This document shows positions 35,508-45,684 of a stretch of 64,000 bases of DNA, one piece after another. The position numbers were made by a program, and so were the translations under genes. Within the stretch, counting starts at the first letter, position 1. Every line of letters starts with the position of its first letter. The notes beneath the pieces were generated by a model. It made no database searches and was not told the origin of the DNA. It saw only the letters and a list, made by a program, of their open reading frames with translations. The stretch comes from an uncultured Bacilli bacterium. GTDB lineage: Bacteria > Bacillota_I > Bacilli_A > RF39 > UBA660. The stretch lies in NCBI GenBank assembly GCA_934148995.1, contig CAKPDM010000004.1, positions 17,814 to 81,813 of the forward strand. Direction: 5' to 3'.

Positions 35508-36164
35508 ATGAATATTTTACTAGTAGAAGATGCAGAATCAATTATTAAAGGACTTACATATTCCTTGGAAAAAAGTAATTATAAACTAGTTATTAAAACT
35601 ACAATAAAAGATACTAAAGAATACTTACTTTCTAATACAAATATTGATTTAATCATTCTTGATATTACTTTACCTGATGGTAATGGTTTTGATTTATTTG
35701 TAAATACTATTAAAAACTTAAAGATACCGACTATTTTCTTAACAGCAAAAGATGAAGAAGATGATATTGTTAAAGGTCTAGATATAGGAGCAGAAGATTA
35801 TATAACTAAACCTTTTTCTACTAGGGAAGTAATAGCAAGAATTAATCGAATATTATTAAGATGTAAAAAGAAAAGTATTATTAAGATTAAAGATATTTCT
35901 TATGATATGGATAAATTAGTTTTAATGAAAAATAATACTCCTATAGAATTAACAGCATTAGAGTTAAAACTAGTTAATCTCTTATTTGTAAATATAAATA
36001 AAGTTGTAAGTAGAAATGTTATCTTAGATAAGATTTGGGATTGGACTGGTAATTATGTTGATGACCATACAGTAACCGTTTACTTTAAGAGAATAAGAGA
36101 AAAGATAGGAACTAATATAATTACTACTATTAAAGGAATGGGGTATAGAATAGATGAAGAATAA
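35508..36164 (+). CDS. OmpR-family response regulator
   Basis: MNILLVEDA, DLIILDITLPDG and TAKD receiver motifs. C-terminal winged helix (TIKGMGYRI). ATG 35508 with RBS GAAGGGAG was preferred to the track start at 35490. Confidence 0.85.
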   Translation: MNILLVEDAESIIKGLTYSLEKSNYKLVIKTTIKDTKEYLLSNTNIDLIILDITLPDGNGFDLFVNTIKNLKIPTIFLTAKDEEDDIVKGLDIGAEDYITKPFSTREVIARINRILLRCKKKSIIKIKDISYDMDKLVLMKNNTPIELTALELKLVNLLFVNINKVVSRNVILDKIWDWTGNYVDDHTVTVYFKRIREKIGTNIITTIKGMGYRIDEE

Positions 36165-37377
36165 ACTTAGATTAAAACAATATATTACTTCTACCTTAAT
36201 TGTTTTTATATGTTTGTTTGTTATGTTTCTAATTTTAAATATCTATGAATATAAAACTTATACTAAAAACTTTAATAATAAAATTAGTGCTATTATAACT
36301 TTGGTTAAAGATAAGTATCCAGAAATAACTGATAAAGAAATTATAGAAATAATAAATAGTAACAAACAATCAGATGATTCTTTTTTCCTTAAATATGGAA
36401 TTGATATAGATAATAAAGCAGTACTACTAGAAAATGATAAGAGTTATCATACATTTTTAATTATTAATATGTCTTTTCTAATAATAACTATTGCTAGTTT
36501 ATGTATATTATATTTTAGATACAATTATAAAAGAAAAAATGATATAAAAGATATTATTAAATGTATAGAACAAATTAATAGAAGGAATTATGAATTAAAG
36601 ATAGATACAATTTCAGAAGATGAATTATCAATTTTAAAAAATGAAATATATAAGACTGCTGTAATGTTAAAAGAAGCAGCTTTAAATTCTAATAAAGATA
36701 AACTTAATCTAAAGAAGTCATTAGAAGATATCTCTCATCAATTAAAAACACCTCTTACTAGTATATTAGTGCTATTAGATAATCTTATTGATGAACCAGA
36801 TATGGATTCTAGTATTAGAAATGATTTTATTATTGATATAAAAAGGAATGTTATAAATATTAATTTTTTAGTACAAGCACTTTTAAAATTGTCTAAGTTT
36901 GATGCTAATACTGTCCACTTTATAAAAAAAGAAAATGATTTAGAAATGATTGTTAAGGAAGCAATTAAGAATGTTTCTACTTTATGTGATTTAAGAAATA
37001 TAAATATAAAATTAAATACTTTAGAAAATGCTAAAGTAAAGTGTGATGCTAAATGGCAAATAGAAGCAATAACTAATATAATAAAAAATGCTATAGAACA
37101 CTCAAAAGATAATTCAAATATAGTAATAAATATAGATAACAATAGAGTTTATTCTAAGATTGAAGTGATTGATTTTGGTGATGGAATATCTAAAAGAGAT
37201 ATTAAGCATATTTTTGAAAGATTTTATAAGGGAGAAAATGCCACATCTAATAGTATAGGAATTGGTCTTGCTTTAGCAAAAACTATTATAGAAGAAGATA
37301 AGGGAACTATAGCAGTAGAATCAAATGAATCTAATACTAAGTTTACTATTAAATACTTTAAACTTACATTTGAGTAA
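36154..37377 (+). CDS. Sensor histidine kinase
   Basis: Two TM helices. H-box ISHQLKTPLTSI. N-box NIIKNAIEHS. G-boxes DFGDGI and GIGLALAK. Confidence 0.85.
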   Translation: MKNKLRLKQYITSTLIVFICLFVMFLILNIYEYKTYTKNFNNKISAIITLVKDKYPEITDKEIIEIINSNKQSDDSFFLKYGIDIDNKAVLLENDKSYHTFLIINMSFLIITIASLCILYFRYNYKRKNDIKDIIKCIEQINRRNYELKIDTISEDELSILKNEIYKTAVMLKEAALNSNKDKLNLKKSLEDISHQLKTPLTSILVLLDNLIDEPDMDSSIRNDFIIDIKRNVININFLVQALLKLSKFDANTVHFIKKENDLEMIVKEAIKNVSTLCDLRNINIKLNTLENAKVKCDAKWQIEAITNIIKNAIEHSKDNSNIVINIDNNRVYSKIEVIDFGDGISKRDIKHIFERFYKGENATSNSIGIGLALAKTIIEEDKGTIAVESNESNTKFTIKYFKLTFE

Positions 37378-37383
37378 GTGAAT

Positions 37384-37849
37384 TAAAAAAAAATTCAGTT
37401 GATGAAGAAATACATAATACTGGTTGTTGGAAAAAGTATGAAAATAAACTAAGAAATATTGATTTAAAGTTAGCTTATCCAGATGAAGTTGATAATCTTA
37501 TGTTTAATTTACTAATGGACTGGAATGAACTTATAAATCCAACAATAGAAGATATAGCAAAGTTTCATTATCGTTTTGAATTAATTCATCCTTTTCAAGA
37601 TGATAATGGTAGAATAGGAAGATTTATAATACTAAAACAGTGTATTGAAAGTGATATTGATTTGATTGCAATTGATAATGGGTATGAAAAAAATATAAAG
37701 AAGCTTTATATAAAGCTCAAAAAATAGATGATGTTTCTTTTCTAGTTGATGTATTTAGTAAATGTCAAAAAAGATTAGATGAAAAAATGATAGACTATAA
37801 AAATACTATTGATTTAGTTAAGAGAGAAATTGAAAGTGAAGACAGATGA
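37384..37849 (+). pseudogene. Decayed Fic/DOC-family gene (frameshifted, N-terminally truncated)
   Basis: The central 75-aa ORF carries HPFQDDNGRIGRF, where the Fic motif HPFxxGNGR has Gly replaced by Asp. Fic-like sequence continues in other frames on both sides (…LAYPDEVDNL upstream; …KAQKIDDVSFLVDVFSKCQ…ESEDR* downstream). No RBS or start for a full-length protein. Confidence 0.55.
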
Positions 37850-37939
37850 TGACTAATGTCTTTTTTCGTATATAATGCTAAATTAATTTTAATTTTAGTC
37901 TTTCTTTGCTATAATATAGTAGAAATGTGGTGATTAAAC

Positions 37940-38959
37940 TTGAATATATATAATTTAACAAAAGAAGAGATGATTAGTTATGCTCTAGATAAAGGATATA
38001 AGAAGTTTTATGGGGAAGAACTATTTACTTGGTTATATCAAAAAAGAATTACTAATTTAGATGAAATGACTAATCTAAAAAAAGAATTTAGAGAAATGAT
38101 AAGTGAAGACTTTGTCTTTGGAACTGTTAAATTAACGGTAGTAGAAAAAGATAAGGATGTAGAAAAATACTTATTTACTTTAAAAGATAATGAACACATC
38201 GAAGCAGTATTAATGAAACATGATTATGGCTTATCATTATGTATTTCTTCCCAAGTAGGGTGTAATATGGGATGTAAGTTTTGTGAATCTGGTAGAAGAA
38301 AGAAACAGAGAAACTTAACAACAGGAGAGATGGTAGAACAAATACTTTTAATAGAAGATAACTGTGGTATGCGAATAAGTCATGTAGTAGTAATGGGAAT
38401 AGGAGAACCATTTGATAATTATGATAACCTATGTAATATGATAAGAATAATCAATGACCCGAAAGGACTTGCTATTGGAGCTCGTCATATAACAGTATCA
38501 ACTTGTGGTATAGTACCTAAGATTAAAGAATTTGCTGACTTTCCTTATCAAGTAAACCTTGCCATCTCTCTTCATGCCCCAACAGATGAATTAAGAAAAG
38601 AAATAATGCCGATTGCAAAAGCATATTCTCTTAGTGAGCTAATGGATGCTCTTAACTACTATATTAAAAAGACTAATAGAAGAGTAACATTTGAATATAT
38701 TCTCTTAAATAACGTTAATGATAGTGAAGAAAACGCTAAAGAATTAGTTAAGCTAATAAAAGGAATGAATGCTTATGTTAATTTGATTCCTTACAATGCA
38801 ACAGAACATTTACAGTTTAAAAGATCAAACTCTTTAAATATTGCTAAATTTTATGATATACTAAAAAAGAATAACATCTGTGTAACTATAAGACGTGAGT
38901 TTGGTTCGAAGATAAGTGCAGCGTGTGGACAATTAAGAAGTAAAAAGGAGGAAGTATGA
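37940..38959 (+). CDS. rlmN: 23S rRNA (adenine2503-C2)-methyltransferase, radical SAM
   Basis: CNMGCKFCESG radical-SAM cluster, GIGEP, C-terminal AACGQL. Conserved synteny with stp-prkC-rsgA-rpe. TTG start. Confidence 0.85.
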   Translation: MNIYNLTKEEMISYALDKGYKKFYGEELFTWLYQKRITNLDEMTNLKKEFREMISEDFVFGTVKLTVVEKDKDVEKYLFTLKDNEHIEAVLMKHDYGLSLCISSQVGCNMGCKFCESGRRKKQRNLTTGEMVEQILLIEDNCGMRISHVVVMGIGEPFDNYDNLCNMIRIINDPKGLAIGARHITVSTCGIVPKIKEFADFPYQVNLAISLHAPTDELRKEIMPIAKAYSLSELMDALNYYIKKTNRRVTFEYILLNNVNDSEENAKELVKLIKGMNAYVNLIPYNATEHLQFKRSNSLNIAKFYDILKKNNICVTIRREFGSKISAACGQLRSKKEEV

Positions 38960-39699
38960 AAACATTTTGTTTAACAGATCCAGGAAAAGTGAGAGATCAT
39001 AATGAAGACAGTGTTTTAATAATAAATAAAAAATCTGGTGAAGTTTTGTTAGCTATTGCAGATGGAATGGGAGGTCATTCTGCGGGGGAAGTAGCTAGTA
39101 ATATTGCAATTAGTTATTTAGGTAATCACTTTCAAGAAACATTTGAAAATAAAGATAAACTGCAAGCAGCGTCTTGGTTACGCGATAGTGTAGATGAAAT
39201 AAATGATTTAATATTTGAACATGAAAAAACACATCCTGAGAGTAAAGGAATGGGAACAACCTTAGTAACAGCTATAGTTACTAAAGATTATATTTTATTT
39301 GGTAATATTGGTGATTCATCTGGGTTTGTGATGAAAGATGGAACACTTCATAAAGTTACCTATGATCATACATTAGTTAATTTATTAGTATCAGCAGGAG
39401 AACTAACAGAAGAAGAAGCAAAAGATCACCCTAAGAAAAATGTTTTAATGAAAGCGCTTGGTGCTAATGAAAAAGTAGATATAGACATCTTTGATTGTGA
39501 TATGAATATAGACGAAATATTATTATCTAGTGATGGACTTACTAATATGCTAGAACCTAATCAAATAGAAGGAGTCCTATTAGAAGATATTGATATAGAA
39601 GATAAAGTTATTAAATTAATAAGAAAGGCTAATAATCGTGGTGGAACAGATAATATTTCTGTCGCATATATGCAATTAGAAGAGGGTGAAGAAAAGTGA
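38956..39699 (+). CDS. stp: PP2C-family Ser/Thr phosphatase
   Basis: RDHNEDS, ADGMGGH, GMGTT, SDGL and GGTDNIS motifs. 4-nt overlap with rlmN and with prkC. Confidence 0.9.
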   Translation: MKTFCLTDPGKVRDHNEDSVLIINKKSGEVLLAIADGMGGHSAGEVASNIAISYLGNHFQETFENKDKLQAASWLRDSVDEINDLIFEHEKTHPESKGMGTTLVTAIVTKDYILFGNIGDSSGFVMKDGTLHKVTYDHTLVNLLVSAGELTEEEAKDHPKKNVLMKALGANEKVDIDIFDCDMNIDEILLSSDGLTNMLEPNQIEGVLLEDIDIEDKVIKLIRKANNRGGTDNISVAYMQLEEGEEK

Positions 39700-41513
39700 T
39701 AACAAAGGGGCAAAAAATAAATAATCGTTATGAAATAATTCGCACTATTGGTGAAGGTGGAATGGCGAATGTTTATCTTGGTTATGATACTATCCTAGAC
39801 CGTAATGTAGCAATTAAGGTTTTAAGAGGAGATTTATCGAGTGATGAAAAGTTTGTAAGGCGTTTTCAAAGAGAAGCTTTATCAGCATCTAGTCTTTCTC
39901 ATCCTAATATAGTGGAAGTTTATGATGTTGGTGAAGATAATGGACTATATTATATCGTTATGGAATATATTGATGGGAAAACACTAAAGCAATTACTAAA
40001 GAAACGTGGTAGTTTAACACTTAGTGAAGCAATCGATATTATGTTACAGTTAACTGATGGAATGGCTCATGCTCATGATAGTTATATTGTTCATAGAGAT
40101 TTAAAACCACAAAATATAATGATTAAAGATGATGGTCAAATTAAAATTACAGACTTTGGTATTGCAATGGCTTTAAATGCCACGCAACTTACCCAAACTA
40201 ATTCCGTAATGGGAAGTGTGCATTATTTACCACCAGAACAAGCAGCAGGAAAAGGTGCTACTATTCAAAGTGATATTTATTCAATGGGAATTATCTTTTA
40301 TGAATTATTAACAGGAGAGTTACCATTTAAAGGTGATAGTGCTGTTGAGATAGCTTTGAAACAAATGAAAGAACCACTTCCTGATGTTCATAAATTAAAT
40401 AAAGATATACCCCAAAGTATTGAAAATATTATTTTAAAAGCTACGGCTAAGAATCCAAAGAATCGTTATCAAAATGTTAGAGAGATGTATCAAGATTTAT
40501 TAACTGCTCTAAATGATGATAGAATGAATGAAGAGCCTTATGTTTATCCTTATAAAGAGCATGAAATAGATGATGCTACTAAAGTAATGAAACCAATCGA
40601 AGAAGGCGAAGCAATCGCTACACCGATTGTTGATGATAACGTCAAAAAAACCAATAAATGGGTAAAGATATTAGCTGGTGTTTTAGCAGGTATTGCTCTT
40701 ATTTGTTTAACTGTTTTCTTTATTATTCCAGCAGTTACCACCGAACCAGATGTTATTGTTCCTGATGTTAGTGATATGTCTTTAACTAAAGCTGAAAAAA
40801 CATTACAAGATAAAGGGTTTGAAGTAGCAACTAAGATAAAAGAAGTATCTAGCGATAAGATTAAAGAAGGAAAAATAGTTAAAACTGATCCAGAAGCTGG
40901 TAGAAGTATTAAAAAAGGAACAACTATTACGCTTTATCGTTCTAAAGGTGAAGATAAATATACAGTTAAAGACTATACTGGTCAAAATTATATAGCTGTT
41001 CAAACAGAACTAGAAACAGTTTATGGTATTGATGTTAGTATTGAAAAGAAAGATGTTGATACTTCTCGTGAATATGATGAACAAGAAATAGTTGGTCAAA
41101 GTGTTAAAAAAGGGGAGAAACTTGCTAAAGGTGACAGTATAATATTATATATACCAAATATTAGTGAAGTTTATCCTGATATGCAATCAGAAGGTTGGAG
41201 CAAAGATGATGCGGATGCTTTTGCTACTAAGTATGGTCTAAATATTGTTTTCCAAGAAGAAGAAACAACAGCTTATGAAGAAGGAAAAGTAATAAGACAA
41301 AGTAGAGCAGCAGGAAGTCCAATCATTAAAAATGCTACTATTACGGTAACAATTGCTAAGAAACCAAAAGAACCAACAACTAATAATAACACTACTACTG
41401 ATAGTAATAAGAAAGATAATACAACTTCATCAGATAGTAATAATACTACAAATAGTGGTAATACTAGTAATAATCAAAGTCAAAGTGATAGTACAACCAA
41501 ACATAACAATTAA
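39696..41513 (+). CDS. prkC: Ser/Thr kinase with extracellular PASTA repeats
   Basis: GEGGMANVY, VAIK, HRDLKPQN, DFGIA and SVHYLPPEQ motifs. One TM helix. Three PASTA-like repeats. Ser/Thr/Asn-rich tail. Confidence 0.9.
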   Translation: MITKGQKINNRYEIIRTIGEGGMANVYLGYDTILDRNVAIKVLRGDLSSDEKFVRRFQREALSASSLSHPNIVEVYDVGEDNGLYYIVMEYIDGKTLKQLLKKRGSLTLSEAIDIMLQLTDGMAHAHDSYIVHRDLKPQNIMIKDDGQIKITDFGIAMALNATQLTQTNSVMGSVHYLPPEQAAGKGATIQSDIYSMGIIFYELLTGELPFKGDSAVEIALKQMKEPLPDVHKLNKDIPQSIENIILKATAKNPKNRYQNVREMYQDLLTALNDDRMNEEPYVYPYKEHEIDDATKVMKPIEEGEAIATPIVDDNVKKTNKWVKILAGVLAGIALICLTVFFIIPAVTTEPDVIVPDVSDMSLTKAEKTLQDKGFEVATKIKEVSSDKIKEGKIVKTDPEAGRSIKKGTTITLYRSKGEDKYTVKDYTGQNYIAVQTELETVYGIDVSIEKKDVDTSREYDEQEIVGQSVKKGEKLAKGDSIILYIPNISEVYPDMQSEGWSKDDADAFATKYGLNIVFQEEETTAYEEGKVIRQSRAAGSPIIKNATITVTIAKKPKEPTTNNNTTTDSNKKDNTTSSDSNNTTNSGNTSNNQSQSDSTTKHNN

Positions 41514-41527
41514 TTAAGGAGATCTCA

Positions 41528-42361
41528 ATGAAACAAGGACAAATTATAACTTTACAGAAAAATCAATATATTGTGAAAAGTGATGATTTAAAAGTTTCTT
41601 GTGTAATAAGAGGAAAAATCAGACAACAACAACTTCTTCCACGCGTGGGAGATTTTGTTTTGTTTGATGAAAATAAAAAAGTGATAGAAAAAATATTACC
41701 AAGAAAAAATAGCTTTTTAAGACCATTAGTAAGTAACATAGATCAAGCGATAATAGTAACAAGTGTTAAAGAACCAGACTTTTCTTTATCTCTTTTAGAT
41801 AGACTTTTAACTTTAATGGAATTAGCTAAAGTAGAAGGAATTATCTGCCTTACTAAACTTGATTTAATAAGTGATATAGAGAAAAAAGAGATATTAGAAA
41901 AGATGAATTACTATCAAGAATTGGGTTATAAAGTAGTAGTTAATACTGATTTAGATAGTATTAAAGAATTATTGAAAGATAAAACTAGTGTTTTTATTGG
42001 GCAGACGGGAGCAGGTAAATCAACACTATTAAATAAATTATCACCTGATTGGAATTTAAAGACAGGCGAAATATCTAAAGCTTTAGGAAGAGGAAAACAT
42101 ACTACTAGAACAGTTGAGTTATTTGAATTTTTAGATGGTCAAGTTCTTGATACACCGGGATTTTCGGCTCTTAACTTTGAAGGGTATAAAAGGGAAGATA
42201 TTAAAGAAGCTTTTAGAGAGTTTAAGTTATATACTTGTCCTTTTAAAGATTGTTCGCATACTAAAGAAGGGGAATGTGAAATTAAAAGACAAGTTGAAAT
42301 TGGTAATATAATGAATAGTAGATATCAAGCTTATTTACAGTATTTGAAGGAGGTAAAGTAA
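41528..42361 (+). CDS. rsgA: Ribosome small subunit-dependent GTPase A
   Basis: Circularly permuted GTPase: TKLDL, then GQTGAGKSTLLN, DTPGF and the zinc finger CPFKDCSHTKEGEC. Confidence 0.9.
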   Translation: MKQGQIITLQKNQYIVKSDDLKVSCVIRGKIRQQQLLPRVGDFVLFDENKKVIEKILPRKNSFLRPLVSNIDQAIIVTSVKEPDFSLSLLDRLLTLMELAKVEGIICLTKLDLISDIEKKEILEKMNYYQELGYKVVVNTDLDSIKELLKDKTSVFIGQTGAGKSTLLNKLSPDWNLKTGEISKALGRGKHTTRTVELFEFLDGQVLDTPGFSALNFEGYKREDIKEAFREFKLYTCPFKDCSHTKEGECEIKRQVEIGNIMNSRYQAYLQYLKEVK

Positions 42362-42996
42362 TGTTAGTTAGTGCATCATTTTTAAGTAGTAAAGATATTC
42401 CTAAGTTTTTAACTAAACTTAATGATACAGACATTAATTATATTCATGTTGATGTTATGGATGGCGTTTATGTTAAAAATAAAACAATGCCTTTTAGAGA
42501 AATGCGTCATATAAGTGATTATACTAGTAAGAGACTAGATGTTCATTTAATGGTTAAGAATCCATTAAAGTATATATCTGATTATGCTTCACTTAATACT
42601 GAATATATTACTATTCATAAGGATATAGAAGATGATTTATTAACTTGTCTTAAGGAGATAAAGAGTTATTATATAAAGACAGGAATTGCTCTTAAAGAAG
42701 AAGATGAAATCAAAGATATAATTTCATATCTACCTTATATAGATTTAATTTTGATAATGTCTGTAACACCAGGAGCAGGTGGTCAGAGTTTTCAAGATGA
42801 AGCCGTTTCTAAAATGAAAGAAGCACAAATCTTAAAGAAGGAATATAGTAAAGATTTCTCTTTTATTGTTAGTGTTGATGGTGGAATAAATGCCGATACT
42901 ATTGCAAAAGTTAATAACTATGTTGATATGGTAGTGAGTGGTAGTTATTTATCTAATTCAGCTAATTTACAAGAGACGATTGCTACTTTACGATAG
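42361..42996 (+). CDS. rpe: Ribulose-phosphate 3-epimerase
   Basis: SFLS...HVDVMDG, DVHLMV, MSV.PG..GQ.F and VDGGIN motifs. Synteny. Confidence 0.85.
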   Translation: MLVSASFLSSKDIPKFLTKLNDTDINYIHVDVMDGVYVKNKTMPFREMRHISDYTSKRLDVHLMVKNPLKYISDYASLNTEYITIHKDIEDDLLTCLKEIKSYYIKTGIALKEEDEIKDIISYLPYIDLILIMSVTPGAGGQSFQDEAVSKMKEAQILKKEYSKDFSFIVSVDGGINADTIAKVNNYVDMVVSGSYLSNSANLQETIATLR

Positions 42997-43040
42997 AAAA
43001 AAAATAGTTTATAATTGAAAGAGAATAGGGAGGGAAGCAA

Positions 43041-44021
43041 ATGAATAATAATGAAAATAATACAAATCAAGTAAATACTAGTCAGAACATAGTTCCTAGT
43101 AATAATGTAGTTCCAGTACCTGATAATACTGCTTCAAATTTAAATCAACAAGTGGCTCCTCAACAACAATTTGAAAAAACAGCTGAAATACCAGTTCTTA
43201 ATGGCAGTAATGAAGTTCAAAATCCAAGTAATATAAATACACAGCCGGTAATAAATCAGCAACCCCAACAGGTAGTTACTAATCCTCAAAATGTTACTCC
43301 GCAGACTAAAGTGGTTAAAGTGGAACAAGTAAAGGAAGTAGTAAAAGAAGTACCAGTGGCAAGTGTTAGTACCCCAAATGTATCACAGGTACAACAACCA
43401 ACTACACCTCCACAACCAGAGGTAACTCCAGAGGCTGCTAAAACAGAGGTAGTAGTTAAACAAAAATCAAGTAAATTCAGCTCATTTTTATTGATATTAT
43501 TTATCATTTTCTTATTTGCATTTGTTTATTATTTACCTGATATAAGTCAGTTCATTGAAAACTATAAGAAAGAAAAAAGTGGTATTGAAGATGGTTCTAT
43601 GAAGAGTGGAACTATGACTTGTACTCTTACTAAAGAAAACAATGGTGATTTAAGTACAACTTATGAAATGACACTTACCTACACTAAGAATAAATTGAAA
43701 AAGACTGATCAAGTAATTTCATATAAGTTAACTGATAATGCTAAAAGTACAGAGACACTAAGTGACTCACAAGCAACTTGTCAAAATTTAAAAGCTGCTT
43801 TAGATCCTGTAGAAGGTGTTGATGTTGCTTGTACAGAAACGGCAGTGTTACAAAAAACTACTCAAAGTATTGATTATACTAAGTTTAATGCTGATTCATT
43901 TGATACTAATGTAGCAGAGTATGAGGGGTTCTATCCTGAGTATCAATTAGATCAAAGTGCCGTTGCTATTAGAAAAAATCTAGAAGAAGCAGGTTATAGT
44001 TGTATAGCTAGAGAATATTAA
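43041..44021 (+). CDS. Membrane protein: Gln/Pro/Val-rich disordered N-terminus, one TM helix, and an extracytoplasmic domain bracketed by Cys residues
   Basis: Low-complexity first 150 aa. TM helix FSSFLLILFIIFLFAFVYYL. The C-terminal domain begins TMTCTL and ends GYSC, as in the lipoprotein at 51039-51500. Confidence 0.45.
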   Translation: MNNNENNTNQVNTSQNIVPSNNVVPVPDNTASNLNQQVAPQQQFEKTAEIPVLNGSNEVQNPSNINTQPVINQQPQQVVTNPQNVTPQTKVVKVEQVKEVVKEVPVASVSTPNVSQVQQPTTPPQPEVTPEAAKTEVVVKQKSSKFSSFLLILFIIFLFAFVYYLPDISQFIENYKKEKSGIEDGSMKSGTMTCTLTKENNGDLSTTYEMTLTYTKNKLKKTDQVISYKLTDNAKSTETLSDSQATCQNLKAALDPVEGVDVACTETAVLQKTTQSIDYTKFNADSFDTNVAEYEGFYPEYQLDQSAVAIRKNLEEAGYSCIAREY

Positions 44022-44052
44022 TTCATGAGTACTAAACTTATGAATTTTTTTT
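44022..44052 (+). terminator. Rho-independent terminator
   Basis: TTCATGAGT-actaa-ACTTATGAA stem followed by T8. Confidence 0.65.
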
Positions 44053-44145
44053 GATTGTAAAATGTCAAAAATACTGATATTTGATAAGATAGGAAGTGAC
44101 TGTTAGTAATGTATCATATTTCTTTAGTTAACTCAAAATTAACCT

Positions 44146-44154
44146 GGGGGGGGG
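44146..44154. repeat. G9 homopolymeric tract in the intergenic region
   Basis: aacctGGGGGGGGGtactt is the longest G/C run I noticed in this very AT-rich window. It lies ~110 nt upstream of ATG 44264. Confidence 0.9.
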
Positions 44155-44263
44155 TACTTATTAGTATTAAGTAGCAATACTACTTTCTTTCATAGTGTAA
44201 AAATAATGGAATAGGAATAATCTTATTCTGTTTTTTGTGTTTAAAGAAAGGAAAGGTAGTAAG

Positions 44264-45469
44264 ATGAAAAAGAAATATATTTTAATAATGAGTTTGATAT
44301 TAGTATTAATAATTATCTTAGGAGTAAGTTATGCATTATTACAAAAAAATATAGTAGGAGATAGTAATAAAGTTATTTATCAAGTAGGAGATTTAGAGGT
44401 TAAATTAGATGAAACTGGTTCTAAAGATATAAGTTTAGAGAATGCTCTTCCAACAGAAGATAGTGATGGATTAAAAAATAAATCATACAATTTTTCAGTG
44501 ATAAATAATAGTAAAACAGATTTATTATATACAATATATTTGGAAGATGATACTGACGCAAAGAGTAAATGTGGAAGTGATTGTGAATTGATGTCTAAAA
44601 ATTATATGAAGTATAGTTTAGAGCAAGCTGATAAAACAGTTGTTACTAGTAATTTATCATCAGATAAAATATATACTGGTATTATTGGTGGTAATGCTAA
44701 AAATGAATTTAAATTAAAGCTATGGTTATCAATCGATGCCGATAATAATGCGATGGGAAAATACTATTTTGGAAAGTTAAAAGTAGTGATAGAGCAAGTT
44801 GGAAAAGAGAAAATCAACCAATTATGTAAGGAATCAGGTGGGGATTTTGTTGTTGATTCTGAATGTAGAAAGTATTATGTTAAATTAAACAATTTTATTA
44901 AAAACTCTGATTTTTCGGATGGAACTAATGGTTGGGCGCTTAATGATGGAGCTGTTTTTAAGGAAGTCAGTAACTCTATTGTTAAGATTGATTGTTCAAA
45001 AGGGACAAGCTCTTGTGGTATTTATCAAAATCCGTTGGCACTTTCAACTTTAAACCATAAATACTATATTTATCAATCAATTAAAAGTACATCACCGACT
45101 AAATTTTTTGTTCTTGGTATAGAAAGTATTTATACACTATTAGCTGGTACCTTAAACGATAACGAATGGCATAATTTCTCACACATATTAACTTATGATG
45201 AAAATATGAAGAAAGTTGTTGACAGTAATGCTTATCATGCCTATGTAATTTATACTCAAAGTGAATTTTCTAAAGAGTTTTATACAAGAAATCCACTCTT
45301 TGTAGATTTAACTTTAATGTTTGGTGAAGGAAACGAGCCATCAAAGGAGTGGTGTGACAAAAACTTAAATAGTTATATTAAATATAATACTGTTGGAACA
45401 GAGGTTTCCATTAGTGATATAAACTATACTGGTAAGACTAGTTATTATGATGTAATTAATATTTCTTGA
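44264..45469 (+). CDS. Secreted or cell-surface protein, function unknown
   Basis: ATG 44264 with RBS AAGGAAAGG. N-terminal signal/anchor MKKKYILIMSLILVLIIILGVSYALLQ. Beta-rich mature sequence. Confidence 0.5.
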   Translation: MKKKYILIMSLILVLIIILGVSYALLQKNIVGDSNKVIYQVGDLEVKLDETGSKDISLENALPTEDSDGLKNKSYNFSVINNSKTDLLYTIYLEDDTDAKSKCGSDCELMSKNYMKYSLEQADKTVVTSNLSSDKIYTGIIGGNAKNEFKLKLWLSIDADNNAMGKYYFGKLKVVIEQVGKEKINQLCKESGGDFVVDSECRKYYVKLNNFIKNSDFSDGTNGWALNDGAVFKEVSNSIVKIDCSKGTSSCGIYQNPLALSTLNHKYYIYQSIKSTSPTKFFVLGIESIYTLLAGTLNDNEWHNFSHILTYDENMKKVVDSNAYHAYVIYTQSEFSKEFYTRNPLFVDLTLMFGEGNEPSKEWCDKNLNSYIKYNTVGTEVSISDINYTGKTSYYDVINIS

Positions 45470-45684
45470 AAAAATTAAAATTTTACTTTTTTAGGGTAGA
45501 TTTTGCAAATTCGGGTACTTGTTCGACCTGAATTTTTCATTTTGCCAACGAAATTTAGTAAATTGAGGGGTATATACTAGGGGAAAATACAAAATTTCTG
45601 ATTTGCTATTTGGTTTTGAACCTGTTAAGATGGTGTCACTTTTTCGAAAAAGCAAAAATAATCATCTTATGAAAGGAGCCAAAT

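Noticed and set aside
37500-37727. An intact small Fic-domain protein
   Set aside because: It is too short for a Fic fold, the core motif is degenerate, there is no RBS, and homologous sequence continues in other frames. It is treated as a pseudogene.
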